From NCBI GenBank assembly GCA_964016885.1, contig OZ024742.1:327732001-327796000 (forward strand): a stretch of DNA of 64,000 nt. Reading direction: 5' to 3'. This stretch comes from Eledone cirrhosa (lineage: Eukaryota). The notes beneath the pieces were generated by a model that worked only from the letters and a program-made list of their open reading frames with translations, was not told the DNA's origin and made no database searches. The position numbers were made by a program, and so were the translations under genes. Of the stretch, positions 13,838 through 27,438 are shown one piece after another; the first letter of the stretch is position 1; every line of letters starts with the position of its first letter.

Positions 13838-14151
13838 TTTTGAAAGTAGGTTTATAATTATCAATTTTCATTATACTTTCGTAGCTGTTTCGGTGGCCTA
13901 GTTGAAGGAATCATAGACGGTGGTGATTCTGTTCTAAAGTTCGATCCTGGGCGAGAGTAGGGTTCCCGGTAAACCTTTTCAGTTTTTTTCATATTGGTTA
14001 TAAAATATAAGCTGAAACAGTTTACATGTACCTCTTGACTAGGATTTAACCTAAGGACAGAATCTCCACTATCTCTACTACCTACCGCTAAGCCACAGAG
14101 ACAACTATGAAACTCTTATGAAAATTCATACTTATAAACCTACATTCAAAA
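13838..14151. mobile_element. Foldback element with two inverted tRNA-like units
   Basis: 13838-13960 and 14028-14151 are inverted. The tRNA-like cores are ~70% identical without gaps by hand count (54/77) and carry A-box-like TGGC(C/T)TAG and B-box-like GTTCGATCC / GTTAAATCC motifs. Confidence 0.65.
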
Positions 14152-14196
14152 TTGTCAGTTAGATTCAAACTTTTAATGAGTGGCATTATATATATA

Positions 14197-14269
<73 letters not shown>

Positions 14270-14300
14270 TAAATGGAAACTATATTTATAAAACCATATT

Positions 14301-14365
14301 TATTTCATTATACATATTTCAGGGATACCACATTAAATTATGGTATGCCTTCATCAGAAAAAATA
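14301..14365 (-). ncRNA. Type I minimal hammerhead ribozyme (slightly degenerate)
   Basis: Minus strand reads tatttttt-CTGATGA-AGGCATACCA-taatttaatg-TGGTATCCCT-GAA-ATATGTAT-A-atgaaata. Confidence 0.7.
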
Positions 14366-15984
14366 CAATATATAACAGTTTTACAAATAGCTTTGACGTA
14401 CTCTTTTAAAATACAACCATTACTTTTGGAGGCTGTCTGGATAGTGATTTGTTTATATTGTTTTAATAATTCATAGTGTTAAGCACAATTAGAAAAAGAG
14501 AGAGAAAAGAACAAAGATGGAGAGAGAAAAAAGAAAAAGAGAAAGAAAACCTGGAGAAATATCGGAGAGAGAAATGTATGGAGAAAAGAAAGAGATAAAT
14601 AAAGATAGGAGGAAATAAAAACTAAAAAAGAAAAAAGAAAGAAAAGGAAGAAATAAGAAAAACAAAGGAAAGCAACAGAGAGATATCAAGTCATCATACA
14701 GAAAGAAAAACTCAAGAGAGAGAAATACTATATAGAGAGGGGGGGGGGGACAATGAAAACTTTACGTCATGTCATATTAAGTTGAGTTAACAATTTATAT
14801 GAAATGAATAATAAAAATATAAGTATCAATATTCATGAATGGGACATAGATATATATGAGAAATTAAACATTGTTCAATAATGACTATGTGTTTATTTTA
14901 GAAACTTGAGATCAATATACCAAAATCTGAGTTCAAAATGTACCCTTGCTATAGAGATCAGTATTTTATGCAAAGACATACAAATATATATGTATATATA
15001 TATATATATATAGATACGCATGTCCTGAAAATAGAAATTATGTTTACTCAAGCCAACAATATAGCCATACAAAACGTAAATGATTTCTCTTAAACACTGC
15101 TATAGATTCCCTGTGTTATAAAAATTTTACAGTATATATATACAAATATATACGATTAACATTCATGTCCTCATATATACGATTACCATTCATGTGTTTA
15201 ATATTATGCATATCTGTAATATACCTCTCAACCACATAGATATATACACATACATATATACACATACATATGTATAAATAAATATTTGCGTGCATCCTCA
15301 CGCATCATTCATGTATATATACAGACATATATAGACACAAAAAAACCTATAACACTTTTTATGCATGTTAATACACACATATGCATTTGTATAGAGATAA
15401 TCACATATCAATATATTACTAAAGGATTATAACCTGTAAATATAACCATAACAATACAAATTTAAAATACCAAAGGAATATATTTTGGAAATGCAACTAT
15501 ATCAGTATAGTCCAAAGAAATCTAGAAATATCAAAGCATTAAATATCTTTAAAACACTATAGAGTATCTTAAGTTAAAATAATATGTTTTATATATTTAG
15601 TATAGAAATTTATCCTACGTATATCTCAATCTAGATATTGAGAGGGTAGACTTATGAAGGTTATGAGAAGCTATCATAATCAAAACAAATAAATAAAAAT
15701 AATTTAAAAGATTAAAAAAAAAAAAAAAAAAAGATTAAAAAAAAACCCAATGATTCTACAGATAACCTTATATTTAGTATAGAAATTTACCTTACGTATA
15801 TTTTATTTAATACATTGGAAGTATAGACATTTTAGAGTAGTTTATTATATCCTTGTTTATATTTAGGAAGAAAGTTTAAAAAGAAAAAGGTGAAGGAATC
15901 TAATGATTTATCGACAGGTTCTATATATTAACTAAAATTACTTAATTAATTATACTACATTTTAAATTTATATTTATATTTAAA

Positions 15985-16195
15985 CGTTGAGTTCAATCTA
16001 TGTCTGCAGCAACTGAATACATTGTTCCTTAGATTAAGGGAATTTTTGGACTTTAATATAAAGAATATTTCTTCAATACAAAGATCACAATTCTCTGAAG
16101 AGGAATTAAAAGGAGTAGCTTATGAAATAATATTCCAATTCATCGAATATTTAATATTATCTCGTTTTAGGTCCCATAGTAGGCTAGATAGCGAA
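15985..16195 (-). pseudogene. PLE GIY-YIG endonuclease C-terminal remnant
   Basis: Translates SLSSLLWDLKRDNIKYSMNWNIIS*ATPFNSSSENCDLCIEEIFFILKSKNSLNLRNNVFSCCRH, matching the LS..W.LK...W.I...A.P...C.LC..E...LN.R...CRH pattern of PLE C-termini. Confidence 0.75.
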
Positions 16196-16365
16196 GATAA
16201 TTTAATGTGGTATCCCTGAAATATGTATAATGAAATAAATATGGTTTTATAAATATAGTTTCCATTTATTAATATCGTATATCTACTCAAAAAACTTGTC
16301 GAGTGTTTTATATCAGTTATAAAAATATTTACTTGTTGTATCCCAACAACTTTCAATAGAACTTT

Positions 16366-16429
<64 letters not shown>

Positions 16430-16432
<3 letters not shown>

Positions 16433-16650
16433 TGGCGGACTAGGTCTAAAAATATTGGTTGCCAGATATGAAGGGGGCCCACCTACATATAAAATGCTAT
16501 CAATTGATTTTTATAATGAATAAATAACATTTTCAAAAAATACATGAGTTGAAACAAAACTGCAAACAAATTTTGGCGGTAAAATATCTTACATTCTCCA
16601 ATAAAAATTATTATGTATGTTGCGAAATCCAGAAACTTTCAATAATGACC
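16430..16650 (+). mobile_element. DNA transposon (hAT-like) left-end fragment, uninterrupted paralogue of 13180
   Basis: CAGTGGCGGACTAGGTCTAAAAATATTGGTTGCCAGA..., collinear with 13180-13210 joined to 13445-13631. Confidence 0.55.
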
Positions 16651-16959
16651 CTTGGACTATCAAGTGTTATCCTAATATATCCCTTCACAGCCCTTTACAG
16701 AAATGCCTTCTACCGGACTAGAGCTCTTTCATTTCTATGAAATCATCAGGTCATTCCTGATGATATTCAACGAATCAAACTGTTCTAGTCATTTCTATAT
16801 ATAATAAAGATGCCTATAATTTACCAACGTATTAAGTACCTACTTTAGCTGTGATTACCCCACTTTCCGTCACAACTCGGGAACCTAGATATTTTGTATA
16901 CCTATATATATATATATTTACATACGAACACACATATACACATGCAAACACACACACAT

Positions 16960-16990
<31 letters not shown>

Positions 16991-17004
16991 CGCACACACA
17001 CACA

Positions 17005-17148
<144 letters not shown>

Positions 17149-18249
17149 TATATATATATAGCATATACATACCAGCATATCAAACCCTATAAAACGTTGT
17201 GAATATATAAAAAAAACTAGAGCACGACCCTCTGTTGATTTATCGATAAATCAGTAGATGAGATCTGTGATAACATTCTGAAGCTCAACAGTAAAACGAG
17301 AAGCACGAACATCAATAAAGAATCAATCCCAAGCTCTGCAGAAACTTAACCAACTTCTTTATGAATCATTCAAAGGCATTGCTAACTACCGAAAAAAGAC
17401 TAACAGGGTGATATCTTTGGATCAGAATGTTCACTATCATTCGTAGAAATTGAGATATCTTCCAGCAAAATGGATAACAAAACAGCATAATAAAGATTGA
17501 ATAACTTAGAGACCAAAATGACATCTCAGGAGCACATTGCTTTAAGACAATCACAGGAATTTTGTCAGCACCAGATACTTTAGGCTGATCAAGACCAGAG
17601 ATGAGATCACCTTAGACACTAACATTGGAATTATGTCTACAGAACCAAGAACCTGTTCCGTACGAGAAGGAAGCTCAAGATGTACCCGAATCGTCAAGAG
17701 TAGAGATAGCAGGAAACAAACGTGCAAAGAGGTTATTTCTTTCTGCAGATGACCTGCAATATCTGACAGCATGAAATAGTGGGGGCACAAGAGACATACT
17801 GGGATTGATAAAGCTATTGTCGATTTTCCAAAGACCGTGACTTCCAAGCCTCTGTCAGGCAACGGATTCGCGAATCCACCGTGCACAAGAAGATTTGGCA
17901 TCAGTAATAGACCTTTTACAGGCAATGCTTGCTCTCCGAAAAGCAATTCGAGAATCAACAGACAGACCCTGCGGCAAGCGTTGATAAAAGAGGTTTCAAT
18001 GAGCAAAACAGATGCACACTGGGAATTTAACAAACACAGAGAATGAGGTCTTATAATAAATTTGCGACAAGGTATCTGTGTTAATATCAATCTGTACCGA
18101 CTCTATGAATTCATCTGCAGCGTCAGAGGTAGATTTCCCAAGGCCAAAGTTCCAAGGAACATTTCGAAGAAAGGGTTGGAAGTCATACCAGTCAGGCATT
18201 TGTTCAAAATCTGACGATGATAGAGCTTATCTATACCTGCAACACGAAT

Positions 18250-18440
18250 GTTTAGCGTTTTCACTCGGTCGAGCCTGTGGCAGTAGAGATGGCGTTCTTG
18301 GCTCCCAGGTCACATCCCAATTCACTGCTAACGGGGCAGAGTTGTCTACCCGCGAGGTGGAGCGGCTGTTCCAGCACGTTTCCCTCGCAATCCTCCGGAG
18401 TCATGTCTTCTACATCCTGTCGGTCAAGACCTCAAGGCGG
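18250..18440 (+). pseudogene. 3' fragment of an RLE-type (CRE-like) non-LTR retrotransposon
   Basis: ORF 18078 ends REVERLFQHVSLAILRSHVFYIL, resembling the LFQRxSxAxxRxN C-terminal motif of CRE-type elements. Confidence 0.4.
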
Positions 18441-18492
18441 ATATATCATTGAAGAGTGAATGGTAAATGCAGAACATTATAATCCTACTAAT

Positions 18493-18678
18493 AGGGCGTG
18501 GATTGGCAGTATCGGTAGAGGGTCGGACGCCATGCTTTCCAGCATAGTTACGTCCCTTTATGATCTGAGTTCAAATCCCGCCGAGGTTGACTTTGCTTTT
18601 CATCCTTACGGGGTCGATAAAATAAAGTACCAGTAATGCACTGGGTAATTGCTGGCCTTGTGCCTAAAGTAGAAACAA
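18493..18678 (+). mobile_element. SINE family 1, full length with TSD
   Basis: Near-identical to the 1943 copy. 15-bp TSD ATTATAATCCTACTA at 18476-18490 and 18678-18692. Confidence 0.88.
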
Positions 18679-19105
18679 TTATAATCCTACTATGATTATG
18701 TATGAAAATATCCATGAGATGACTGACATGATCAGTGGTTAAAATAACCACAGCTCGGCTTATGCATGTTTATTTCATAAAATTGGAACTGGGTCGAATT
18801 TAATCCAAACCAAATGTTGTGCAGGGTAGCTTTAATCACATCGCTGTTTATTGCTGGTTCATATCCCATCTTTCCTTAATTAAGTTAGGATCATCATTTC
18901 ACAAAGATCAAATGCTGTCGTATTACACTAAACAAACCGCTAGACGAAATATGTTAGCATGAGTTCGAATCATTTGCATGCTGAAAATGTAGTTTTCCTT
19001 TATTATACATTTGTATTGAATGATAGATACATTACAAACACACTTATACACACATACTGATAGTAGGAGAAAACCACCCGGAGGGCAGTATTTCTGCTAA
19101 TATAA

Positions 19106-19177
<72 letters not shown>

Positions 19178-20591
19178 TCATCCCTTCTTATCATCTCTGC
19201 TGATTGCTGTGCTGTATAATTTATAATATATTGGGAATGTTTTCTAATGTATAAAAATGTATGATAGGGTGTTGGTTGGTGGCAGAAGCATAACCATATT
19301 TAGTTGCAAATATATACGCTGTGAATTAATATATCTCTAAGGAACACCTTTGAATTTCACACCATCTAGAATCGATAATGTATGTATCAATCTATCAATC
19401 TATCAATCTATCAATAGGTTTGATAAGTTGAACGTGTACCTTTGAGACTATTCCAATATGAGAAATTAATTTTTCTTTAATAGAACTACCATATTTAATA
19501 TTATTAGAAATTCAATATAAAACATTCTTTAAACCATTCAAATAATTAAATTTGAGGTGAATAGGAACGTTATCGTCAGTTTCAAATAAATTACAACAAA
19601 TATATCATCCATAACATTTAAATTGCACTTAAAACAATTTGTAAATGAATAATTATTATTTTCTATACGTGGAGATATTAAGAAAATAATTTTCTATCCT
19701 TATATATTCAATATATCTAAATATTAAAGTACTTTTTATTTAAGTGTAAATTTCAAATTATTTTCCATATAGTGATAACTTTGTGGACTTAGTACAGGCG
19801 AATTATTAAGAAGTTCGTTTTGCAATCATCCAGTCTAAGGTTCGATCATACTATGGGGTACAAGGTATCCAATTGTCATTTACTATAATCTCAAGAGTGG
19901 TGAGGGAAGTTCGATAGACGGGGACTGTTTAGAAACCAGTCGGATTAAATTTACATGTAATTGAAAAGTCCACCCTTGTTACACACTGTGTCATCCTGAA
20001 TCATCATGATAATTTTATTGAGGGTACATATGGTTGTGAAATGCTCAGCTACTTATAAGTTAATTCACAAGCAAGGTATTAGGAAGAACGAAAATGTGGA
20101 AAGTGTAAACAGGTCGAGTAAATATAGATCAGAAGCGGTTTATATATATATAATAGTAATAATAAAAATAATATGATGATATAAGGGAATGTGGATGCTA
20201 TTTCTAGCGCTTCAAATACCCTGTAGAAGATTGTTCATTGATTCTGGGTTAACTGTTAGATGCGATAGAGATGTGATTAGTGTCTCCATATCTCTTCAGC
20301 AGAAAACCTGTTTGTTCACTATGTTGGCCAATTGAATTTTTATACTTTCTAGCATAGTTCCTGAGACATTTTCCTCTGTATGTACACACAGTCATGCATA
20401 CACACGCATACAGACAGACAGACATACAGACATACACACATATACAACACACATGCACACACACACACACGTATATATATTTAGGTACAAAATTATATTC
20501 ATGTATGTATATATATATATATATATGTATATATATCTATATCTATATCTATATCTATATCTATATATATATGTATATATATATATATATG

Positions 20592-20679
<88 letters not shown>

Positions 20680-20683
<4 letters not shown>

Positions 20684-21010
20684 GAGGTTATATTTAATTT
20701 GTTGGGATTCAACAAGCTTAACATTTTTTATAACTGATATAAAGCACTCAACAATTTAGTGGAGTAAATATTCAATATATTAATAAATAGAAAATATATT
20801 TATGAAACCATAATTATTTTATTATATATATTTCAAGGGCAACCAAGGCAAATGACATTTCCGGATATGTCAATATTTATTTATAAAACAAATCTGTATT
20901 TTATCTGATGAAAGCGCACCATAATTTGCCTTGGTTGCCCTTGAAATATATATAATAAAATAATTATGGTTTTATGAATATAGTTTCCATTTATTAATAT
21001 ATTGAATAAT
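20680..21010 (+). mobile_element. Miniature PLE: only an inverted pair of pseudo-LTRs
   Basis: 20767-20852 is inverted relative to 20922-21008. Homologous to the pLTRs at 14265 and 16197; flanked by (TA)n. Confidence 0.7.
20897..20962 (+). ncRNA. Type I minimal hammerhead ribozyme
   Basis: TATTTTAT-CTGATGA-AAGCGCACCA-taatttgcct-TGGTTGCCCTT-GAA-ATATATAT-A-ATAAAATA: 8-bp stem I, intact core, palindromic stem III, predicted cleavage after A20954. Confidence 0.8.
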
Positions 21011-21042
21011 ATATTGTATATATATATATATGTATATATGTA

Positions 21043-21134
<92 letters not shown>

Positions 21135-23242
21135 CATATATACACAAGCAAACACATATATACGTGCATACATACACATACATGCATGCATGCAGACATG
21201 CAGCCATATTGATGTACATATACTTATACTTTTATACATACATACATATATACATGCATACACACATCGATACATACATACAACTTACATACTTACATAC
21301 ATGCATGCTTACATACAGATGAATATATGCTCATACGTATAGATATATACATATACATACAACATACACACTCACATACACACACACATACATACATATA
21401 TACATACGTAAGTCGAAGTCAATAAGTAATAGCACGTGTATCAGTATGCATATGTTCAGTGATATGTACACATAAGGACATGTACTACACTTTATGTATG
21501 TGAGCATATCTCTTTGTGTCTGTGTGTATAAGTGTTTAAGTATGTATCTTAATGTAGAAACAAGAAGATTTAAATAATAGTGATACTTTTAAAATTGCTA
21601 ATGTTGGTCGTAGTTTGATGTAAAATGGCAATTCTGAAGAATTATTCTGCTAAAGAAGGTAAGTGATTATATTGAGAGACTCATGTGAAGCAATTACGAT
21701 CAGATAGGAAGTGAAGTGTCTCTCTTATGAGGAGAAAAGATGGTTTTTGACGGTTGCTGTGTTCTTTTTTTGCTGAAATCCATTATCCAAGAATTTCTCG
21801 TTTATTAAGAGCTTTGTTAATGGCGTCGGCACTAGAAAGCCAACATCCATTTCAGTTCAATAGAAATAAATCATTCGACTCACACAATTTTACCAATTTC
21901 TAAAGAACTGTAGTTCAATAACTGGTTCTGAGAGAACTAAGTTAAATTCTTGCTCTTACAATCCCAGGTTTCCTCAATTCCTCTCCTATCATGAATTGTC
22001 CTCTAGTAATCTTTCACCCGAGCACTATATTAACACCAGCCAGCTTGTCAATCCTCAATAACTATATCGAACAAAACGGGATTAGGTCTGAAGCAGTAGT
22101 TATTTGAGAATTGTTAACTCGCGGTCACCATTATAGTTGGGACTATTGGTATGTCATTTGCTACATATGCATACAATACACACTATACTTTCTCAACTTC
22201 AGATTCCTTTCCAATTCCCGAGGTTAAATTCCTAGCATGGGAGTCAAGAATGATAATAAAAGAAAACCTGCTTGATAGTTATAAACAATAGTTCAATATG
22301 TCGGGTAAATTACACCTGCAAATGGATAAAAACTCACAGTTGATAACAATTTATCGTTAGCAGCAATTACTTGTAGTCATCGGCATAGTTGCTAACACCA
22401 AAGATTCGTAATAAAATAATATTTACATTTTTAGCATGACGCTTAAATATTTAAAAAAGATGTGTTTTATTGCAATGATTCAATGCACTTGTCCAGCATA
22501 CAAGAGAATTGTAGTTCGATTTCTGTAGACTTTATATTCACTTACATATAGTTGGCCGCATTTTAGCTAACATACTTTCATACTTCCCTAATGTTTCGTA
22601 AATTAACAAAATATTCATTATACCTAAACTATATATACATATAAATATACAATAAAAACTTATGTATAGTGTAACGCAGAAAACTGGTGAAACATTTTAC
22701 TGTTTGGTGATAAATGGTAAGCATATACTATATACAATAAATACATGAGGGTGGCTCTATCAAAGAAAAATAATTCTTTTTTTTTTTTCGCTATTAACAT
22801 TTTTTTCTTATTTGCTCTCTCGACATATCACATGTAACTTGGTAACATTTGAGAATATCAGACAGCTGTTTCAATATTCGATAATTTCTCATCAGTGATA
22901 TTACTCAACCGGTACTGAAATGAAAATAGACGTGAATCTATATAGACTTTACGTGTTGAACATTTGTTGGAGATCGGCTGGGAATGCTCGTTTCCATATA
23001 ATGCGAATTTGGTTGGTTATAAAATTAAGTTGCATACCAAGATGATGGATGCAAATTCTGCTAAGAGTATTGCAATCGTTTGTCTGATTACAGAAAATGG
23101 TGCACTTTTAGACTACGGCCAGCCACACAAGCCTGTAACACAACCTGAACAAGCAATGCCTGTACTTTGAAGGATTTTTAAATGGGGAAAGGCTTTGCAC
23201 ACCTACCTACATACATAGATACATACATTCATAAATAAATTT

Positions 23243-23450
23243 GAAGCTGCCTGGCATAGGGATTAGCGTGTTGGACTTTTGATTGTAATGTCGTCGGTTC
23301 GAATCAGGGACTGGGTGGTGGGTTATAGTCTTGAGCAAAACACTTTATTACATGTGACTCCAGTCCACTCAGCTAAACCTAAGAACCAGCAGTAGCTGTT
23401 TATCCTTGCTTTTGACAGGCAACCTGTCCAGGGGGAAGACTTGTACTCTA
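23243..23450 (+). mobile_element. tRNA-derived SINE family 2
   Basis: A/B-box-like head (TGGCATAGGG...GGTTCGAATC) followed by TTGAGCAAAACACTTTAT...CCAGTCCACTCAGCT, also seen at 28873 and 46856. Confidence 0.55.
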
Positions 23451-23489
23451 ATCAATTGTCACCAATGAAACAAGTAGTAATCACAAGCA

Positions 23490-23543
<54 letters not shown>

Positions 23544-23623
23544 ATACTTTGGGAGGGTCATGTTGCCAATAAGAAACACACGATTTCAGATAAAGAATCT
23601 TGCTAAACAAATTCAGAAACGAT

Positions 23624-23657
<34 letters not shown>

Positions 23658-23781
23658 ATTATATATATGTTTTATATATATGCTTACCATTTATCATCAA
23701 ACAGTAACATTTTTCACCAGTTTTCTGCGTCACACTATCCATAAGTTTTTATTGTATATTTATATGTATATATAGTTTAGG

Positions 23782-23894
<113 letters not shown>

Positions 23895-24159
23895 TGTTAT
23901 ACTTTGGGAGGGTCATGTTGCCAATAAGAAACATACGCACCAGTTGTTTCACTTCAATTTATTATAATAAATTTATAAATTTAGGAATTTATAAATTTCT
24001 GGTTGGTTGGTTGGTTGGTTCCACAATCAGATGATTGTTTATATATTGTCAAAGTTCTTTCGTCACACATTCTGTGACCTCGTCATTGTTCCAGGCCTGG
24101 AAGTCGTTGGCAGTCCTTTTGTTGGGCTGCATTATAGAGTAACCGGGAGTAACCGATCT

Positions 24160-25846
24160 AGGGACCTAACAAACTGCATAATAGGTAGGATGGATGTTGT
24201 GTACCTGTATCCATCTATTGACGTGTATTTTGCTGTGGAGAAATTCGTAGAAATGATCAGTGAAATCAATGTTTAATTCCGTGGGATTGATACCAGTGAG
24301 CTGGGATTCCTACTTAAACTTACCTATAGTAATAATTATCTAGATACATATGGCTTTAGCAACCTGTGCCCTACAAGACCAGCAAGAGGCAGACCACCTA
24401 CCATTACCTCAATGGCCAAGACAACCCACACAGATAGATGGAACGAGTGGACCAGAGCCATACGGACCCGCGAAAACCACGATGAACTAAAGAAAATGAT
24501 TGCACATGCGGTGGGGGCCAGCATAAAATTAACCCTTAAGGAACATATGTTCAAATTTAATGGAAAAACATATGCCCAAGAGGAGGGAGCAGCCATTGGT
24601 GTTAGCATTGCAGGCGACATAGCTAACCTATTCATGGTATGGTGGGACAGTAGACTTAAACTTAAACTTAAAGAACAATTAGAAGACCCCTTAACCCTGA
24701 TAATGTACTCCCGCTACGTTGATGATATAAACATCGTAGTTAAAACACCCCCACTAGAGAACAGTCAGGAGTTAGAGAAAAACACAATGGAAGCATCCAG
24801 CAAATAGCTAACGCCATCCACCAGAGTATTAGCGTTACTATAGACTACCCAAGCAAACACTCCAACCATCGATTACCTGTACTAGACACAGAGCTCTGGT
24901 TAGATACCATCAATAACAAAAAACAAATCCTCCATTCCCATTATGCCAAACCCATGACTTCCAAATACCCGATCCACCGAAACTCAGCTGTTTCGGACCA
25001 TACCAAAATCAACATACTGATTGTGGATTTGGTACGTGATGAGAACGTGTCCCGCATGTGCAACCCCGAAGAACTAGAGAGACACATACAACACTTCATC
25101 CACCGTATGCGTATGGAGTTCTCTGGTTACAATCAGAGAGATAAAATCAGAGTATATAGAGGAGCCAGAACCAAGTGGGAAAAAATGGTAAATAACGACA
25201 CAAATGGGACCTGCCCCTTGTATAGAAGCAAATTTTGGAATAGAATAGAAAGAACTAGGAATAAGGCTAATAGAATAAACTCATGGTATGATACCAATAA
25301 ATACCAGAGTGTAATGTTTATCGATACACCCCTAGAGGTGAATTAGCTTACAAATTTAGAAGGGCCCTAGATAAACATAAACTCAATATTAAGATAGTAG
25401 AAAGACCAGGTACCTCCATAAAAACACTTATTACCAAGACATACCCTTTTCAAAGACCTCCCTGTATAGATAAGAAATGTATAATCTGTAAATTAAGCCC
25501 CCATATTAACTGTAAAACTAGAAATGTAGTATATAGCATAATATGTACTGAAGGACAATGTACAGATAAAAATATAGTGTACATAGGTGAGACAGCTCGT
25601 AGTATAGGGGAACGGATAAATGAACACTGGCGAGACCTTCAAGATAGTAAAGAATCATCTGTACTCTACCAACATGCTGAAATAGAACATAAGGGTAAAT
25701 TAGAGAACATAGAAATAAAAATAGAATCTACACACAGAAAAGACGCAATGTTTAGACAAATCACAGAGGCAATAAACATAAATGAACTCCAACCAACATA
25801 TAATAGAAAACATGAGTGGAACAGCAACATCACAACTTACAATTAA
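24160..25846 (+). pseudogene. PLE reverse transcriptase + GIY-YIG endonuclease, frameshifted
   Basis: MDVVYLYPSID, QEEGAAIG and YSRYVDDI (RT); Cys-rich linker; NVVYSIIC...YIGETARSIGERINEH...RQITEAINI (GIY-YIG). Confidence 0.9.
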
Positions 25847-26046
25847 GGACAAAATGAAAACACACACGCACATAGAACAAACAACCAACCTGTAACATGT
25901 AAATAAACAAATAGATAAACAAATATAAACACACACAGACACCCGGATGTAACACATGCGCAAACTAAGCACACAACACACACACAAAAACAAGATGGCG
26001 TAGGACAGAACAAAGGAGAGGCACAAAAACAAAGAAAAGAATCTCC

Positions 26047-26090
26047 AGTCACTGAAGAGGTCACAGAATGTGTGACGAAAGAACTTTGAC
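26047..26090 (+). ncRNA. Minimal hammerhead ribozyme in PLE 3' pLTR (probably degenerate stem III)
   Basis: GTCA-CTGAAGA-G-GTCACA-gaatg-TGTGAC-GAA-AGAACT-T-TGAC. Confidence 0.6.
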
Positions 26091-26302
26091 AATATATAAA
26101 CAATCATCTGGTTGTGGAACCAACCAACCAACCAGAAATTTATAAATTCCTAAATTTATAAATTTATTATAATAAATTGAACTGAAAGCAACTGATGCGT
26201 GTGTTTCTTATTGGCAACATGACCCTACCAAAGTATAACAATATCGGTTTCAACACACGTTTTCAGATAAAGAATCTTGCTAAACAAATTCAGAAACGGT
26301 AT

Positions 26303-26340
<38 letters not shown>

Positions 26341-26341
<1 letters not shown>

Positions 26342-26455
26342 AGTTGAAAAAAAATGAAAACGAAATTTCATTTCTCACTCTTAGTATGGCACTTACTTAA
26401 ATGTAAGTATGTATGTATACGTACATACATATATGTATACAGACGTACAGTAGCA

Positions 26456-26505
<50 letters not shown>

Positions 26506-26931
26506 TACATACAGGTACACATACATATTTGCACGCATCAGTTTAGCGGACGATTGCCGCTTTGTTCGTTTGTCAACAAACTGAACAGTCTGAATTTATG
26601 CCATACGGTGTTAAGGCAACCACGTCACCTTTTTGTTCAACACTGACACAGGAACGATGTACTAGTTTCAAGCTTGTTAGCTATCATCAGCACCGTTTAC
26701 CCATCTGCCAGATAGTTGAACGTTCGAAAGTATATACTTTCCTTATGAAAATTAACGGCTGAGCAGCCTAATTTGCATATTGAGTGAGTTAAATCGGTCA
26801 GGCATACCGAAAACGATAAGTTGAAAAAAATGAAAACGAAATTTCATTTCTCACTCTTAGTATGGCACTTACTTAAATGTAAGTATGTATGTATACGTAC
26901 ATACATATATGTATACAGACGTACAGTAGCA

Positions 26932-27017
<86 letters not shown>

Positions 27018-27120
27018 TACATACAGGTACACATACATATTTGCACGCATCAGTTTAGCGGACGATTGCCGCTTTGTTCGTTTGTCAACAAACTGAACAG
27101 CCTGAATTTATGCCATACGG
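26341..27120 (+). repeat. Tandem duplication, ~477-bp period (1.6 copies)
   Basis: 26341-26608 is repeated at 26818-27120, differing mainly in (TA)n length. Confidence 0.85.
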
Positions 27121-27279
27121 CATATGATTCAATCAGGAGTTACGGTACCATCCATATATACATATATATGTATATATATATATATATATATACATATAGG
27201 GAGTGTAACGTGCAGTTACTGTAGGTTCAACCGAGTAAGCACTCGATGTGTAGTATCCCGTCTGTAAAGAGTGTAGAAC

Positions 27280-27351
<72 letters not shown>

Positions 27352-27401
27352 TATGTATATATGGATGGTACCGTAACTCCTGATTGAATCATAGGGGCGC
27401 C

Positions 27402-27438
<37 letters not shown>

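Larger units (their letters stand above)
14263..16368 (-). mobile_element. Penelope-like element, 5'-truncated, with inverted pseudo-LTRs
   Basis: 16197-16276 is the reverse complement of 14265-14341. PLE endonuclease C-terminus on the minus strand at 15985-16195, hammerhead at 14301-14365, and (TA)n on both flanks. Confidence 0.75.

Noticed and set aside
16022-16219. Plus-strand ORF after a CAG that looked like a host exon
   Set aside because: The opposite strand encodes a clear PLE endonuclease C-terminus.
21625-23170. Possible two-exon mini-gene (ATG...AAG|GTAAGT at 21659; TTACAG| at 23093) giving a ~37-aa peptide
   Set aside because: An in-frame join is expected by chance one time in three, the product is unrecognisable, and the second part follows a possible mariner-like remnant near 22743. 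RNA-seq would be needed.
25455-25565. Selenocysteine (TGA) recoding in the PLE Cys-rich linker
   Set aside because: The Cys codons read here are TGT; other stops are explained by frameshifts.
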